Positions 38,420-50,059 of a DNA stretch of 64,000 nucleotides are shown in pieces. Both the position numbers and the translations under genes were made by a program. How positions within the stretch are numbered: position 1 is the first letter of the stretch; every line of letters begins with the position of its first letter. The notes beneath the pieces are model-generated. The model made no database searches. It was not told the DNA's origin and saw only the letters and a program-made list of their open reading frames with translations. The DNA comes from an uncultured Actinomycetes bacterium (GTDB lineage Bacteria; Actinomycetota; Thermoleophilia; Gaiellales; Gaiellaceae), in contig CAWAGR010000025.1 of assembly GCA_963781435.1 (NCBI GenBank), positions 72,339-136,338 of the forward strand, written 5' to 3'.

Positions 38420-39532
38420 TTAGCTAGCGCCAGTGGACTCCGGCGGGGAACCGGCAAGCGAGGTGCGCTTGAGCTCCTCCCCCGTCATCGGCCACCGCTC
38501 GACCGGGTGGTGGCACGCGGCTTCGTGGTCGCCTCGGAACGGCTGCAGGACAGGGATCACCGTGTCGCAGAGCCCGATTTCGCAGCGCGGGCAGCGTGGG
38601 TGGAAGACGCATGCGGCCGGCGGAGCGACGGGTGACGGGACGTCGCCGCCGAGAACGATTCGCTGGCGGCTCGTGCCTCCACTGCCGTTCGTCTCCGGCC
38701 TCGGCACTGCCGAGAGCAGAGCCGCGGTGTACGGATGCCGCGGATGCTCGTAGAGCAGTTCCGACTGACCCTGCTCGACCACACGGCCGACGTACATCAC
38801 CGCGATCCGGTCGGAGACCTGCCGGATCACCGAGAGGTCGTGCGAGATGAAGACGTAGGTGAGGTCGAACTCGTCCTGGAGGCTCTTCAGCAGGTTCAGG
38901 ATCTGCGCCTGCACCGAGACGTCGAGCGCCGAGACCGGCTCGTCGCAAACGATCAGCTTCGGCTGAAGCGCGAGAGCGCGCGCGATGCCGATCCGCTGCC
39001 GCTGGCCGCCCGAGAACTCGTGCGGGTAGCGGTTGTAGTGCTCCGGGCTCAGGCCCACGCGACCGAGCAGCTCGCGCACCCGGCTCTTCGCGTCCTTCTC
39101 GGTCTTGTGGATCGCGAACGGCTCACCGACGATCTGGCCGACGCTCTTGCGCGGGTTCAGCGACGAGTAGGGATCCTGGAAGATCATCTGCATCTGCCGA
39201 CGCAGCGGTCGAAGCTGCTTCTGCGACAGACGGCTGATGTCCTGGCCTTCGAAGCGCACGGTGCCGGACGTCGGCTCGAGCAGGCGGACGATCAGGCGCG
39301 CTGTGGTCGACTTGCCGCATCCTGACTCGCCGACGATTCCGAGCGTCTCGCCCTGGTTCACGCTCAGCGAGACGTCCTCCACCGCGTGCACGAACCCCTT
39401 GCTACGCGCGAAGACGCCCTGCGTGACCGGGAAGTACTTGGTCAGGTGCTCGATCTCCACGAGCGGCACTTGGCCGGCGCGCTGCTCGCTCACACCGTGC
39501 TCTGACGATGCCGGCTCAGGGGTCGACGCCAT
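38420..39532 (-). CDS. Peptide/nickel-type ABC transporter ATP-binding protein (OppF/DppF-like)
   Basis: [16 protein letters not shown]...[15 protein letters not shown]...[12 protein letters not shown]...[12 protein letters not shown], with a C-terminal Cys-rich oligopeptide-ABC tail. Confidence 0.9.
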   Translation of the reverse strand: MASTPEPASSEHGVSEQRAGQVPLVEIEHLTKYFPVTQGVFARSKGFVHAVEDVSLSVNQGETLGIVGESGCGKSTTARLIVRLLEPTSGTVRFEGQDISRLSQKQLRPLRRQMQMIFQDPYSSLNPRKSVGQIVGEPFAIHKTEKDAKSRVRELLGRVGLSPEHYNRYPHEFSGGQRQRIGIARALALQPKLIVCDEPVSALDVSVQAQILNLLKSLQDEFDLTYVFISHDLSVIRQVSDRIAVMYVGRVVEQGQSELLYEHPRHPYTAALLSAVPRPETNGSGGTSRQRIVLGGDVPSPVAPPAACVFHPRCPRCEIGLCDTVIPVLQPFRGDHEAACHHPVERWPMTGEELKRTSLAGSPPESTGAS

Positions 39533-40566
39533 CAGAGAACGCCGAGCTCGACGCCGGCCCGTTGGGCCCCGAGCTCGCGCTTGCGCTCGGCCGGCAGGTG
39601 ACACGCATCCAGGTGTCCACCCGGCATCGGGACGAGTGGCGGCCTCTCGTTGTCGCACGGCGAGAAACGGTGCTTGCAGCGTGGATGGAACGCGCATCCC
39701 GGCGGCGGCGCGAGCATGGACGGCGGCGAGCCTTCGATCGCCACCAGAATCTCGAGCCGCCGGTCGACGGTCGGCATCGACTCGAGCAGCCCCCACGTAT
39801 ACGGATGCTGGGGTGCGTTGAAGATCTCGTGCGCCGTGCCGTACTCCACCGCTCGCCCGGCGTACATCACCAGCACATGTGACGCGGTCTCGGCAATGAC
39901 GCCCAGATCGTGCGTGATCAGGACCACGCCGATGTCGAACTCCTTCTTCACGCGATCGATCAGCTCGATGATCTGCGCCTGCACCGTCACGTCGAGCGCC
40001 GTCGTGGGCTCGTCGGCGATCAGCACGTCCGGGTTGTGGACGAGCGCCATGGCGATCATCGCGCGCTGGCGCATGCCGCCCGAGAACTGGTGCGGGAAGT
40101 CGCGCGCGCGACCCTTCGCGTTCGGGATGCCGACCTGGCCCAGCAGCTCGACGGCCCGCGCGTTCGCCTGCGCGCGCGACACGCTCGAGTGAGCGTGGAC
40201 GGCCTCGGCGATCTGGTCGCCGACGCGATACATCGGGTGCAGACAGGCGAACGGGTCCTGGAAGATCATCGAGATGTCGCGTCCTCGCACCTTGCGCAGA
40301 TCCTCACCGCGCAGCTGGAGCAGGTCTCGGCCTTCGTACAGCACCTGACCGGAGATATCGGTGTACGCGTCGTTCAGCAGGCCCATGATCGCGAGGCTCG
40401 TGACGCTCTTGCCCGAGCCGGACTCTCCGACGACGCCGAGCGTTTCGCCGCGGCGCAGCGAGAAGGAGAGGTCGGATACGGCCTGTACGACGCCGTCGCG
40501 AGTGTTGAAGCGGACGTTGAGATCGCGTACGTCGAGCAGCGTGGTGTCGGCGGCGCCGACGCTCAC
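39532..40566 (-). CDS. Peptide/nickel-type ABC transporter ATP-binding protein (OppD/DppD-like)
   Basis: [11 protein letters not shown]...[16 protein letters not shown]...[15 protein letters not shown]...[11 protein letters not shown]...[15 protein letters not shown] 40566 overlaps the permease stop (GTGA). Confidence 0.9.
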   Translation of the reverse strand: MSVGAADTTLLDVRDLNVRFNTRDGVVQAVSDLSFSLRRGETLGVVGESGSGKSVTSLAIMGLLNDAYTDISGQVLYEGRDLLQLRGEDLRKVRGRDISMIFQDPFACLHPMYRVGDQIAEAVHAHSSVSRAQANARAVELLGQVGIPNAKGRARDFPHQFSGGMRQRAMIAMALVHNPDVLIADEPTTALDVTVQAQIIELIDRVKKEFDIGVVLITHDLGVIAETASHVLVMYAGRAVEYGTAHEIFNAPQHPYTWGLLESMPTVDRRLEILVAIEGSPPSMLAPPPGCAFHPRCKHRFSPCDNERPPLVPMPGGHLDACHLPAERKRELGAQRAGVELGVL

Positions 40567-41529
40567 GAGTACCTCACGCGTGGATCCAAGAAGGCGTACA
40601 CGATGTCGACCACGAGGTTCATGATCGCAATTACGGTGGCGGTCAGGAGGACGACACCCAGCACCGTCGGCAAATCCTGCGTCTTCGCCGAGGTGAACGC
40701 GAGCCAGCCGAGCCCCTGGATGTTGAACACGGACTCCGTGATGATCGCGCCGCCGAGGAGGAGCGCCACGTCCATCCCGAACAGCGTCACGACGGGCGTC
40801 AGGCTCGCGCGCAGCGCGTGCTTGAAGATCACCTGGCGCTCCGACAGACCCTTTCGCCCGGGCCGTGCGGATGTAGTCCTCGCCGAGGGTGTCGAGCAGG
40901 CTGTTGCGCGTCATCCGCGCGTAGATCGCGATGAAGAGAAGCGACAGGACGGTCCAGGGCAGAATCAGGTGCGAGAACCACGAGCCGACGCCGTCCGCTA
41001 ACGGGACATAGCCCGTGCCGCCCGTCCAGCCGAGCTTGCGCCAGAAGATGAAGAGCGCCATCAGGCCGAGCCAGAACACCGGCGCCGAGATGCCGAAGAG
41101 CGCAAACCCCATGGCCGCGCGATCGACCACCGATTGCCGCTTGATCGCGGAGAGCACTCCGATTCCCACCCCGAACGTGAGCCAGATTGTCGCGGCGCCG
41201 AAGATCAGCCAGAGCGTTCTCGGCGCCCGCTCGGTGATCTCATCCTTGACAGGCACGAAGCCGACGTAGGAGTAGCCGAGCCCGGGCCAGCCGTTCTCGT
41301 CTCCCGCGACGAAGTTCTTGACGAAGTAGCCGAACTCGACGTAGAACGGCCTGTCGAGGTGCATGTTGTGGCGGATGAGCGCCAGCGACTCCTCCGTCGG
41401 CGACCTGCCTGCGAACCGCAGCGCCGGGTCGCCCGCCGGCAGCTTGAAGAACACCAGGAACGTGATCAGGAGCACGACCCCGATGACGAGAAACGTCCAT
41501 GCGAGGCGACGTGCGATGTAGATCAGCAT
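40563..41529 (-). pseudogene. ABC transporter permease (OppB/DppB-like); one indel in the CCC run at 40849-40851
   Basis: MLIYIARRLAWTFLVIGVVLLITFLVFFKLPGDP...YIRTARAKG, then the frame shifts to LSERQVIFKHALRASLTPVVTLFGMDVALLLGGAIITESVFNIQGLG (ORF 40563-40832). Confidence 0.85.
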
Positions 41530-41551
41530 GGTTCCGGTGTCAGAAGCGGTT

Positions 41552-41578
41552 CCGGGGCGCCCGTTGCGGGCGCCCCGG
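41552..41578 (-). terminator. 12-bp GC hairpin between the binding-protein gene and the downstream permease gene (attenuator / mRNA-stabiliser candidate)
   Basis: CCGGGGCGCCCG-ttg-CGGGCGCCCCGG, 37 nt after the binding-protein stop. No U-tract. Confidence 0.5.
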
Positions 41579-41615
41579 AGACCGTCGTGTCATTTCGTCC
41601 TTCGTTGACTCGACC

Positions 41616-43448
41616 TTAGTTGACCGCGAAGTGTGCGTACGCGGGTGTCGTTGCGTACTGATCGAACTGGTACTGCGTCATGTTCTTGCTCGTGATGCGG
41701 GTTACCGTCGACCAGAGGTACGGAACCCACGGCACGACCTGCGTCATCAGCGTCTTGTCGAGCGCCGCGTAGCACGCGATGTGCGCCGCGCCGACGAGGT
41801 TCGCGCACTTGTCGAGCTGGGCGCTGACGCTCGGGACGTTGTTGCAGTTTCCCTTCACCTTCAGGGTCTTGCACTGTGACTCCGTGATCCCGACGAGCGA
41901 GTAGTTCGTGTTGCCGGTCGGAATGATCGTCCGGCCGTCGAAGAGCGGGCTGAAGAAGGTGTACGGATCTGCGTAGTCCTTCCCCCAGCCGGGCCGCTCG
42001 GCGATCGGGATGTTCTTCGCCACGGTCTGGATCGTCGGGTATGCCCCTTCGACCGTCTGTGCCTTGAACGTGATGCCGATCTTCTTCGCGCTCTGCTGCA
42101 TCACTACCAGCATCTTGGGATCCTGCAGCCGCGTGTCGACGATCAGGAGCACGTTCTTGCACTCCGGAGCGCCGCACGTGCCGTTCTTCGCGGTGTCGTA
42201 CTTCGAACCCTTGAGAGCTGCCTTCGCCTTGGCGACGCTGCCCCTGTCGCCAGGGGTCTTGTACGGCGCGTACTCGGCCAGTGTGTTGCCGAGCAACGCG
42301 TCCGGGATGATGTGGTTTGCGACCTTGCCGATGAGGGGGCCGCCCCATGCCTGGACGAGCGCGTGCTTGTCCATGACCCAGTTCATCGCCCGACGAACGT
42401 GCACGTCGTCGAACGGCGGCTGGGTGAGGTTCATCGTCAGGTACCAGGTGCGGTCACCCGCGTTCTGATGGAAGTACGGGGAGAGGCTCTTGTCCTCGGA
42501 GTACTTCTTCAGGAACTGCGGCGGGATCGTCGTGTTAGCCGTGTCGTACTCGCCGGCCTCGATCTTGTTCAGGATGTCGTCCGCGTTCGCGTTGACCACG
42601 AAGTTGAACTTGTCCGGGAGGTTCTCCCGAGCTGTCTTCGTGTCGGTGCTCGCGTCGTAGTTCGGGTTGCGGACGAGGTTCATCCTGGTCTGACCGTCGA
42701 AACCGCTCGTCGGCTTGATCTTGTCGCACGCCGAGATGTCCACGTCCGCCGAGCCGTCGATCATGTACGGGCCTGTCGAGACGAGGTTCCGGCCGTACGC
42801 GCCGGGCTTGCCCTCGAAGCACTTGGCGACCTCGACCGGAATCGGTGCAGTCGCCGGCATGGCGAGCGCATAGAGGAAATCGCCTCGCGGCTGCGTCAGC
42901 TTGATCACGAGCGTCGAGGCGTCCGGCGTCGTGATGCCGGTGACGTTCTTCCCCTTGGCGGCGTTCGCCCAACCGACGATCGAGGAGTAGTAGAAGGCGT
43001 ACTGGCCGCCGTTCTTCGGGTTCGCGAGCCGCTGGAGCGCGTACTTCACGTCCTGCGAGGTCACGGCCCTGTTGACCGGCGGAGCGAACTTGATGCTCTT
43101 GAGGTGGAACGTGTACGTCTTCCCACCGTTGGTCGGCTTGGGCACCGCCGTCGCGAGGTCGGCGATGATCGTGTTGCCCGCCGCACCCGGAACGTGGTTC
43201 GAGCCCATCAACGAGCGCGTGAGCAGGTTCATGTAGATGCCCCACGCGTCGCCGAGATACTCGCCCGTCGGATCGAAGTTGTTCGTGAATCCGAACGCGG
43301 CCTCCCAGCCGATCGTGGCGGTGCCGCCCGCGCTGACACTCTTCTTGGCCGGGCTCGACTTGGCCGCGAGACCCGCCGCGACGAGAATCGTCGCTCCAAG
43401 GGCCACGACCGATCCGGCCACGACCAACCTACGAAATGGTCTTTTCAC
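41616..43448 (-). CDS. ABC transporter substrate-binding protein (family 5, peptide/nickel type)
   Basis: 610 aa; GTG start after a GGAAGGAGGGAG RBS; signal/anchor MKRPFRRLVVAGSVVALGATILVAAGLAA. Size and operon context are typical of OppA/DppA-like proteins. Confidence 0.85.
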   Translation of the reverse strand: MKRPFRRLVVAGSVVALGATILVAAGLAAKSSPAKKSVSAGGTATIGWEAAFGFTNNFDPTGEYLGDAWGIYMNLLTRSLMGSNHVPGAAGNTIIADLATAVPKPTNGGKTYTFHLKSIKFAPPVNRAVTSQDVKYALQRLANPKNGGQYAFYYSSIVGWANAAKGKNVTGITTPDASTLVIKLTQPRGDFLYALAMPATAPIPVEVAKCFEGKPGAYGRNLVSTGPYMIDGSADVDISACDKIKPTSGFDGQTRMNLVRNPNYDASTDTKTARENLPDKFNFVVNANADDILNKIEAGEYDTANTTIPPQFLKKYSEDKSLSPYFHQNAGDRTWYLTMNLTQPPFDDVHVRRAMNWVMDKHALVQAWGGPLIGKVANHIIPDALLGNTLAEYAPYKTPGDRGSVAKAKAALKGSKYDTAKNGTCGAPECKNVLLIVDTRLQDPKMLVVMQQSAKKIGITFKAQTVEGAYPTIQTVAKNIPIAERPGWGKDYADPYTFFSPLFDGRTIIPTGNTNYSLVGITESQCKTLKVKGNCNNVPSVSAQLDKCANLVGAAHIACYAALDKTLMTQVVPWVPYLWSTVTRITSKNMTQYQFDQYATTPAYAHFAVN

Positions 43449-43557
43449 GTTGTCTGTCTCCCTCCTTCCCCCACGTCACTCCGACGAGGGGGGGTTGCAG
43501 TTGACCGCATTCTTTGACGACAAGCTGAGGTCACCGGTTAGTTGGCTCATAGCTGGC

Positions 43558-44536
43558 TCAGCGGTCCGCCCGCACGTCGAGCGCGTCCCGGAGGCCATCG
43601 CCGAGCAGATTGAAGGCAAGCGTCGTGACGACGAGGAAGAGACCGGGGAAGAGCATCAGCCACCAGGCGTCTGCGTAGAGATGCGACGCCTGGTTGAGAA
43701 GCCCACCCCAGGAGGCCGTGTCAAACGGAACACCGAGGCCGAGGTAGGAGAGCGCCGCCTCGAAGAGAATGGCCTGCGGGATCAGCAGCGTGGTGAAGAC
43801 GATGATGGGCCCGATCAGGTTGGGCAGGACCTCGCGGAAGATGATGCGGGTGTTGCCAGCTCCGAGCGACCGGCTCGCCTCGATGAACTCGCGCTCTCGT
43901 ATCGAGAGCGTGTAGCCGCGCACGATCCGGGCGACATACGACCACGTGAAGAGCGCGATCACCGCCACCACGAGTCCTATCCCCGACTGGACGATGCCGT
44001 TCAGGCACCCGTCCTTGGACGAGCTGCACGCCGCGACGATGCCGATCGAGATCAGGAGCGACGGCAGCGCGAGCATCACGTCGCCGGCCCGCGAGAGAAG
44101 CGTGTCGCTCCAGCCCCGGAAGTAGCCGGCGAGCAGACCGACCACGAGGCCGATGAAGACGGCGATGCCGGTTGCGACGACGCCGACGATCAGCGAAGTG
44201 CGCGCGCCGTACATCGTCCTCACGAAGAGGTCACGGCCGGTCTCGTCGGCGCCGAACCAGAAGTCGTTGTTCGGCCCCCGCGGAATCCCGAACTCGTCCT
44301 GCATCGTGTCGGTATAGGCGTCCTGATTGCCGTGACCGGTTACCGCGGCGGCAATCGGGCCGCCGAAGATGGCAAGGAAGATCAGCAACACGATCACGAC
44401 CGCCGCCGAAGAGCGCCACCTTGTCGTCGCGCATGCGCGCCCAGAAGAGCTGGGACGGACTCCTGCTCACGACCTGCGTCTCGTCGCCGGAGCGAAGCAG
44501 CTCAGTCGCAGACGTCAGGTCTGTTGTGGTGGTCAT
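43558..44536 (-). pseudogene. ABC transporter permease (OppC/DppC-like); one indel near 44398-44405
   Basis: N-terminus MTTTTDLTSATELLRSGDETQVVSRSPSQLFWARMRDDKVALFGG is in one frame. The remainder (VIVLLIFLAIFGGPIAAAVTG...EASRSLGAGNTRIIFREVLPN...) is ORF 43558-44397. Confidence 0.85.
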
Positions 44537-44610
44537 CACACAGTCCCTCGCAAATTGCGGGTCAGGCCGGACACCGGTCGCAAGTATAAGACGTACTTTC
44601 GACCGAGCGG

Positions 44611-44625
44611 TTGGGCGCGAGCGCG
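44611..44625. repeat. Right copy of the 15-bp direct repeat flanking the block inserted in the atp operon
   Basis: ttgggcgcgagcgcg lies 9 nt beyond the atpG stop, in the same orientation as 37860-37874. Confidence 0.6.
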
Positions 44626-44633
44626 CGTGAGCG

Positions 44634-45527
44634 TTATTGCGTGAGCGCGTCCGCGCCGGCGACCACCTCGAGGATCTCCTGGGTGATCTCCGCCTGGCGG
44701 GCACGGTTCATCGCCAGCGTGAGCGTGTCGATCAGCTCGCCGGCGGACTTCGAGGCATTCCGCATCGCCGTCATCCGCGCACCCTGCTCCGACGCGGCCG
44801 ACTCGAGGAGCGCGCGGTAGAGCTCGGTCTCGACGTAGACCGGCAGCAGCCGCTCGAGGATCTGCCGCGGCTCCGGCTCGAAGAAGAAGTCGACCGGATG
44901 CGATGGCGGCGGGGCTGCACCCTCCTGCGTTCCCTCGAGCACCGCGGTCGGGATCGGCAGCACCTCGCTCACCGTGACGAGCTGCACCAGTGGTGAGACG
45001 AACGCGTTGTAGACGACCACCACGCGGTCGACCTCGCCGCTCACGTACGCCTCCGCGACGGCGTGCGCGATCGCCTGGGCGTCGGGGTACGACGGTCGGT
45101 CGCTGAACCCGGTCCAGCTCTCGCCGACCTGGAGGCGGCGGAAGCGCAGCGTCGACTGGGCCTTCTTGCCGGAGCTGTAGAAGCGCACCTCGCGGCCCGC
45201 CGCCACCTCCTCGCGCATGAGCGCGAACGCGCGACGCAGCACCTGCGCGTTGAACGCCCCTGCAAGGCCGCGGTCGCCGGTGATCGGCACGATCGCGACC
45301 GTGCTCACGATCTCGCGCTGCTCGAGCAACGGCAGCCGCACCGCGCCGGCTGCGTGCGCCGTGCCGGCCATCAGCTCGAGCATCCGGTCGGCGTAGGGCC
45401 GCATGCCCTCGATCCGCTGCTGGGCGCGACGCAGGCGCGCGGACGCGACGAGCTCCATCGCGCGCGTCAGCTTGCGCGTGTTCGAGATCGAGCGGACGCG
45501 TCGCTTGAGATCCTGGGTCGAGGCCAT
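44634..45527 (-). CDS. atpG: F1 ATP synthase gamma subunit
   Basis: MASTQDLKRRVRSISNTRKLTRAMELVASARLRRAQQ...ASEQGARMTAMRNASKSAGELIDTLTLAMNRARQAEITQEI. Confidence 0.93.
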   Translation of the reverse strand: MASTQDLKRRVRSISNTRKLTRAMELVASARLRRAQQRIEGMRPYADRMLELMAGTAHAAGAVRLPLLEQREIVSTVAIVPITGDRGLAGAFNAQVLRRAFALMREEVAAGREVRFYSSGKKAQSTLRFRRLQVGESWTGFSDRPSYPDAQAIAHAVAEAYVSGEVDRVVVVYNAFVSPLVQLVTVSEVLPIPTAVLEGTQEGAAPPPSHPVDFFFEPEPRQILERLLPVYVETELYRALLESAASEQGARMTAMRNASKSAGELIDTLTLAMNRARQAEITQEILEVVAGADALTQ

Positions 45528-45539
45528 TTCGGCGTCCCG

Positions 45540-47057
<1,518 letters not shown>

Positions 47058-47103
47058 TGACGGGCTCCTTTGTGATTCGTCGCGGGGAAAAGGTCTGCTG
47101 TCA

Positions 47104-47637
47104 TCATCTGGCGGCCGCAAGCTCGGTGCGAAGGCGTTCGAGCCGGCCGCGCACGCTCGCGTCCAGCCTCATCGAGCCGGCCTGGAGGACGAGCCCGCCG
47201 ATCAGGCTCGGATCGATGCTCCGCGTCGCCTGCACCTTGCGCCCGGAGGCCTGCTCGATCCGGTCGACGATGCTCCCGAACTCCTCGTCGGAGAGTCCGT
47301 GCGCGGTCGTCAGCTCCACGTCGAGCACACCTTCTCGCGCGGCGACGAGCGCCTCGAACTCGGCGGCGATCTCGCGCAGCTCGGCGGCGCGGCCCTTCTC
47401 GACGAGCAGGCGCACGAAGTTGCGGACGAGCTCGTCGGCATCGCCGAGCACGCGCTCGAGCACGTCCGCCTTCACCCGCGAGTCCGTCTCCGGGTTCGTC
47501 AGCAGAGCGTCGAGCTCGGGCACGTCGTCCAGCATGCCGGCGACCTCGCCGAGCTCCTCGCGGACGGCGTCGAGCCGGCCTCGCTCCTCCGCAGCCTCGA
47601 ACAGGGCGCGGGCGTAGATGCGGTGCGCGGCGGCTAT
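47104..47637 (-). CDS. atpH: F1 ATP synthase delta subunit (no canonical start codon visible)
   Basis: [32 protein letters not shown]...[30 protein letters not shown]. The frame has no ATG, GTG or TTG near its 5' end. An ATA at 47635-47637 sits 10 nt after GGAGG and overlaps the atpF TAG stop. Confidence 0.8.
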   Translation of the reverse strand: MAAAHRIYARALFEAAEERGRLDAVREELGEVAGMLDDVPELDALLTNPETDSRVKADVLERVLGDADELVRNFVRLLVEKGRAAELREIAAEFEALVAAREGVLDVELTTAHGLSDEEFGSIVDRIEQASGRKVQATRSIDPSLIGGLVLQAGSMRLDASVRGRLERLRTELAAAR

Positions 47638-48161
47638 GAGCTGCTCGCCTCCAGTTGCGAGAAGTCGATCTCGGAGAGGGCCTCGTCGATCAGGCGCTGC
47701 TGGTCGTCGCTCGTCAGCGACTTGCGCGTGATCTTCTCGGCCGCGATCAGCGAGAGGCTCGCGACCTCGCGGCGGATCTCGCCGAGTGCCTGCTGGGTCG
47801 CCTGCTCGATCTGGCGCTTGGTCTCCTCGAGCCGACGCTGCCGGTCGTCCTCGGTCTCCTGGCGCATGCGCTCGCGCTGGGCGTCGGCGATCTTGCGCGC
47901 CTCGCCGAGGATCTCCTCGGCCTCGCTCTTTGCCTGCCCGATCAGCCTGCGGTGCTCCTCGAGCAGGCTGCGCGCCTCTTCGCGGGCACGGTCCGCCTCC
48001 TCGATCGACGCACGAATGCGGTCGCGGCGGTCGTCGATCACCTTCTGGACCGGGCCGAACGCGTAGCGCTTGAGCACGAAGAGCGTGATCCCGAACGCGA
48101 CGAGCGTCCAGACCATCAGGCCGGGGACGACCTGGATGAGTGCGTTGGTCGCGAGCAGCAC
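47634..48161 (-). CDS. atpF: Fo ATP synthase b subunit
   Basis: 175 aa with one N-terminal TM segment (VPGLMVWTLVAFGITLFVL) followed by a long charged helix (RDRIRASIEEADRAREEARSLLEEHRRL...). Confidence 0.88.
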   Translation of the reverse strand: MLLATNALIQVVPGLMVWTLVAFGITLFVLKRYAFGPVQKVIDDRRDRIRASIEEADRAREEARSLLEEHRRLIGQAKSEAEEILGEARKIADAQRERMRQETEDDRQRRLEETKRQIEQATQQALGEIRREVASLSLIAAEKITRKSLTSDDQQRLIDEALSEIDFSQLEASSS

Positions 48162-48185
48162 TAGCCAATCCTCCTAAGCAGTGAC

Positions 48186-48464
48186 TCAGACAAGGACGTA
48201 GCCGAGAAGTCCGCCGACGAAGCCGTAGAACACGACGGCCTCGGTGAGCGCGAACCCGAGCCACATCAGGCCCTGGAGCTCACCGCGCAGCTCGGGCTGC
48301 CGGGCAACGGACTGGATCATGGAGCCGAAGATGTTGCCGATGCCGGCGCCGGCCCCCGCCGCGCCCAGGCCGATGCCCAGGGCGAGCGCGATCGCCTTGC
48401 CGGCGCTGATCACGGGCGCCTCCGGGGCCGCCTCGGCGGCTACGAGAAGAAAACTGTGAAGCAT
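48186..48464 (-). CDS. atpE: Fo ATP synthase c subunit
   Basis: 92 aa: [52 protein letters not shown] (GxGxGxG hairpin plus the carboxylate Glu). AAGGAG RBS. Confidence 0.92.
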   Translation of the reverse strand: MLHSFLLVAAEAAPEAPVISAGKAIALALGIGLGAAGAGAGIGNIFGSMIQSVARQPELRGELQGLMWLGFALTEAVVFYGFVGGLLGYVLV

Positions 48465-48477
48465 GCGGAGTTTCTCC

Positions 48478-49338
48478 TTAGTGTTCGGGCTCGATCGCCG
48501 AGCCGATGTAGATGGCGGACAAGGCGGCGAAGATAAACGCCTGGATCGAGACGACGATGACGACCTCGAAGACATAGAAGACTGCAGCGATGCCGACGAG
48601 TGGGACTGCGATGAGCGACTCGAAGATGAAGATCAGGCCGATGAAGGTGAGGATCAGGATGTGGCCCGCGAGCATGTTCGCGTAGAGCCTGACCGAGAGG
48701 CTGATCAGGCGCATGAACTGCGAGAGCACCTCGATCACGATGATCATCGGCAGGATCGCCTTCGGCACCTCCGGGATCCACGACCTGACGTAGCGTGATC
48801 GGCCCGTTCCAGCGGATGCCCTCGATGTGCGGTGAACATCCAGGTCATGAACGCGAGCGCCAAGCACACCGAGAGCGACGACGTGGCCGCGTAGATCCCC
48901 CACACCGGAATCCCGTGGTAGGTCTCGCCGGTGAGCGGCAGCGGCAGGAAGCCGATCATGTTGATCGTCCAGATGAAGAGCATCAGGGTGGCCACGTACG
49001 GGAACCAGAGCCCGATCCCCTTGCTCGGCAGCCCCATCTCGGCGACCTGCGTCTGCGCGATGTCGTAGAGCATCTCGCCGACGGTCTGACGCCGGCCAGG
49101 GCTCGTCCCGACGCGCCAGCGCATCAGGCAGAATGCCCATCAGGCAGGTGAGACGCGCGCCGATGAGCAAGTACACGACGGCCTTGTTGATCGACATGTC
49201 GAGCGGCCCGAGGTGCAGCGACACCCACGGCTCGAGCTGGAACTCTTCGGAGGGGTCGAAGTCACCCTTCGCAAGTGCAGGCGTGGGCACCACGAGCACC
49301 AGGCCGGTCAGAGCGACCACGAGCCGGTTCAACCTCAC
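48478..49338 (-). pseudogene. atpB: Fo ATP synthase a subunit; three +1 insertions (about 49127, 48825, 48797)
   Basis: N-terminus and C-terminus (LSVRLYANMLAGHILI, containing the essential Arg) share a frame. The middle (RRQTVGEMLYDIAQTQVAEMGLPSKGIGLWFPYVATLMLFIWTINMIGFLPLP...) is ORF 48744-49124, and IEGIRWNGPI is in the third frame. Confidence 0.88.
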
Positions 49339-49718
49339 GTCCCACCCTCCTCTCCGAAATACGCGAGCAACGACAGGCCGAACTCGACCGAGAACGCGAT
49401 CGCGTACAGGATCGCGGCCGGAAACCCGAGCTCGGAGTCCGAGACGGTGATGAGGATCAGGATCCCCACCAGGCCCGCTGCCCGGAACATCCGGCCCACC
49501 GCCACGACACCGGCGCTCGCGAGACTATCCATCCCGAGCGGCAGGTGCTCCAGAAAGAATCCGATCGCCAGGAAGACGATCCACAGAGCGGCCGCGATCG
49601 CCCACGAGGCGATCGGCCAGCCGGCGATCAGGAACACCGGCAGCGCGAGCGCGACGACCGCCGTGCCGCCGACGGCTGGAATCAGCCTGCTCGGGATCGG
49701 ACGCGGCGTGGCGAACAT
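49335..49718 (-). CDS. AtpI-like small membrane protein upstream of atpB
   Basis: 127 aa from ATG 49718 with four hydrophobic segments. Its stop overlaps the atpB GTG (GTGA). Confidence 0.6.
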   Translation of the reverse strand: MFATPRPIPSRLIPAVGGTAVVALALPVFLIAGWPIASWAIAAALWIVFLAIGFFLEHLPLGMDSLASAGVVAVGRMFRAAGLVGILILITVSDSELGFPAAILYAIAFSVEFGLSLLAYFGEEGGT

Positions 49719-49729
49719 CGCGGACGACC

Positions 49730-49933
49730 TCACGAGAGCGCCCCGTGGTAGCGGCCGTAGACGCCGGCGATCCCGGCCGGGACGCCGAGGACGACGCCGA
49801 CGATCAGTCCTGCTTTCAGCGACCCGGCGAGCCACCCGACGAGCGCGCCCGCGCCGATCACGACGAGGGTCAGCACGATCAGCAGGGCGCCTGCCTCAGC
49901 AGGGGGAAACGCACGGGGCGCGGCCGGCTCCAT
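49730..49933 (-). CDS. AtpZ/AtpI-family small membrane protein
   Basis: 67 aa: two TM helices (ALLIVLTLVVIGAGALVGWLAG / GLIVGVVLGVPAGIAGVY). It is the first gene of the atp cluster. Confidence 0.55.
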   Translation of the reverse strand: MEPAAPRAFPPAEAGALLIVLTLVVIGAGALVGWLAGSLKAGLIVGVVLGVPAGIAGVYGRYHGALS

Positions 49934-50059
49934 CGGCGCGGAGCATAGCGGAGCGAGTGCCGACGTGACCGGGACTATGTAACAGCGGAAGCCGCTTGAT
50001 TGCGAGCAAATACGGCGACTTTGTCGCAAGTCGGGCGAGCGCGCGTCGCGGCGGGCTGA

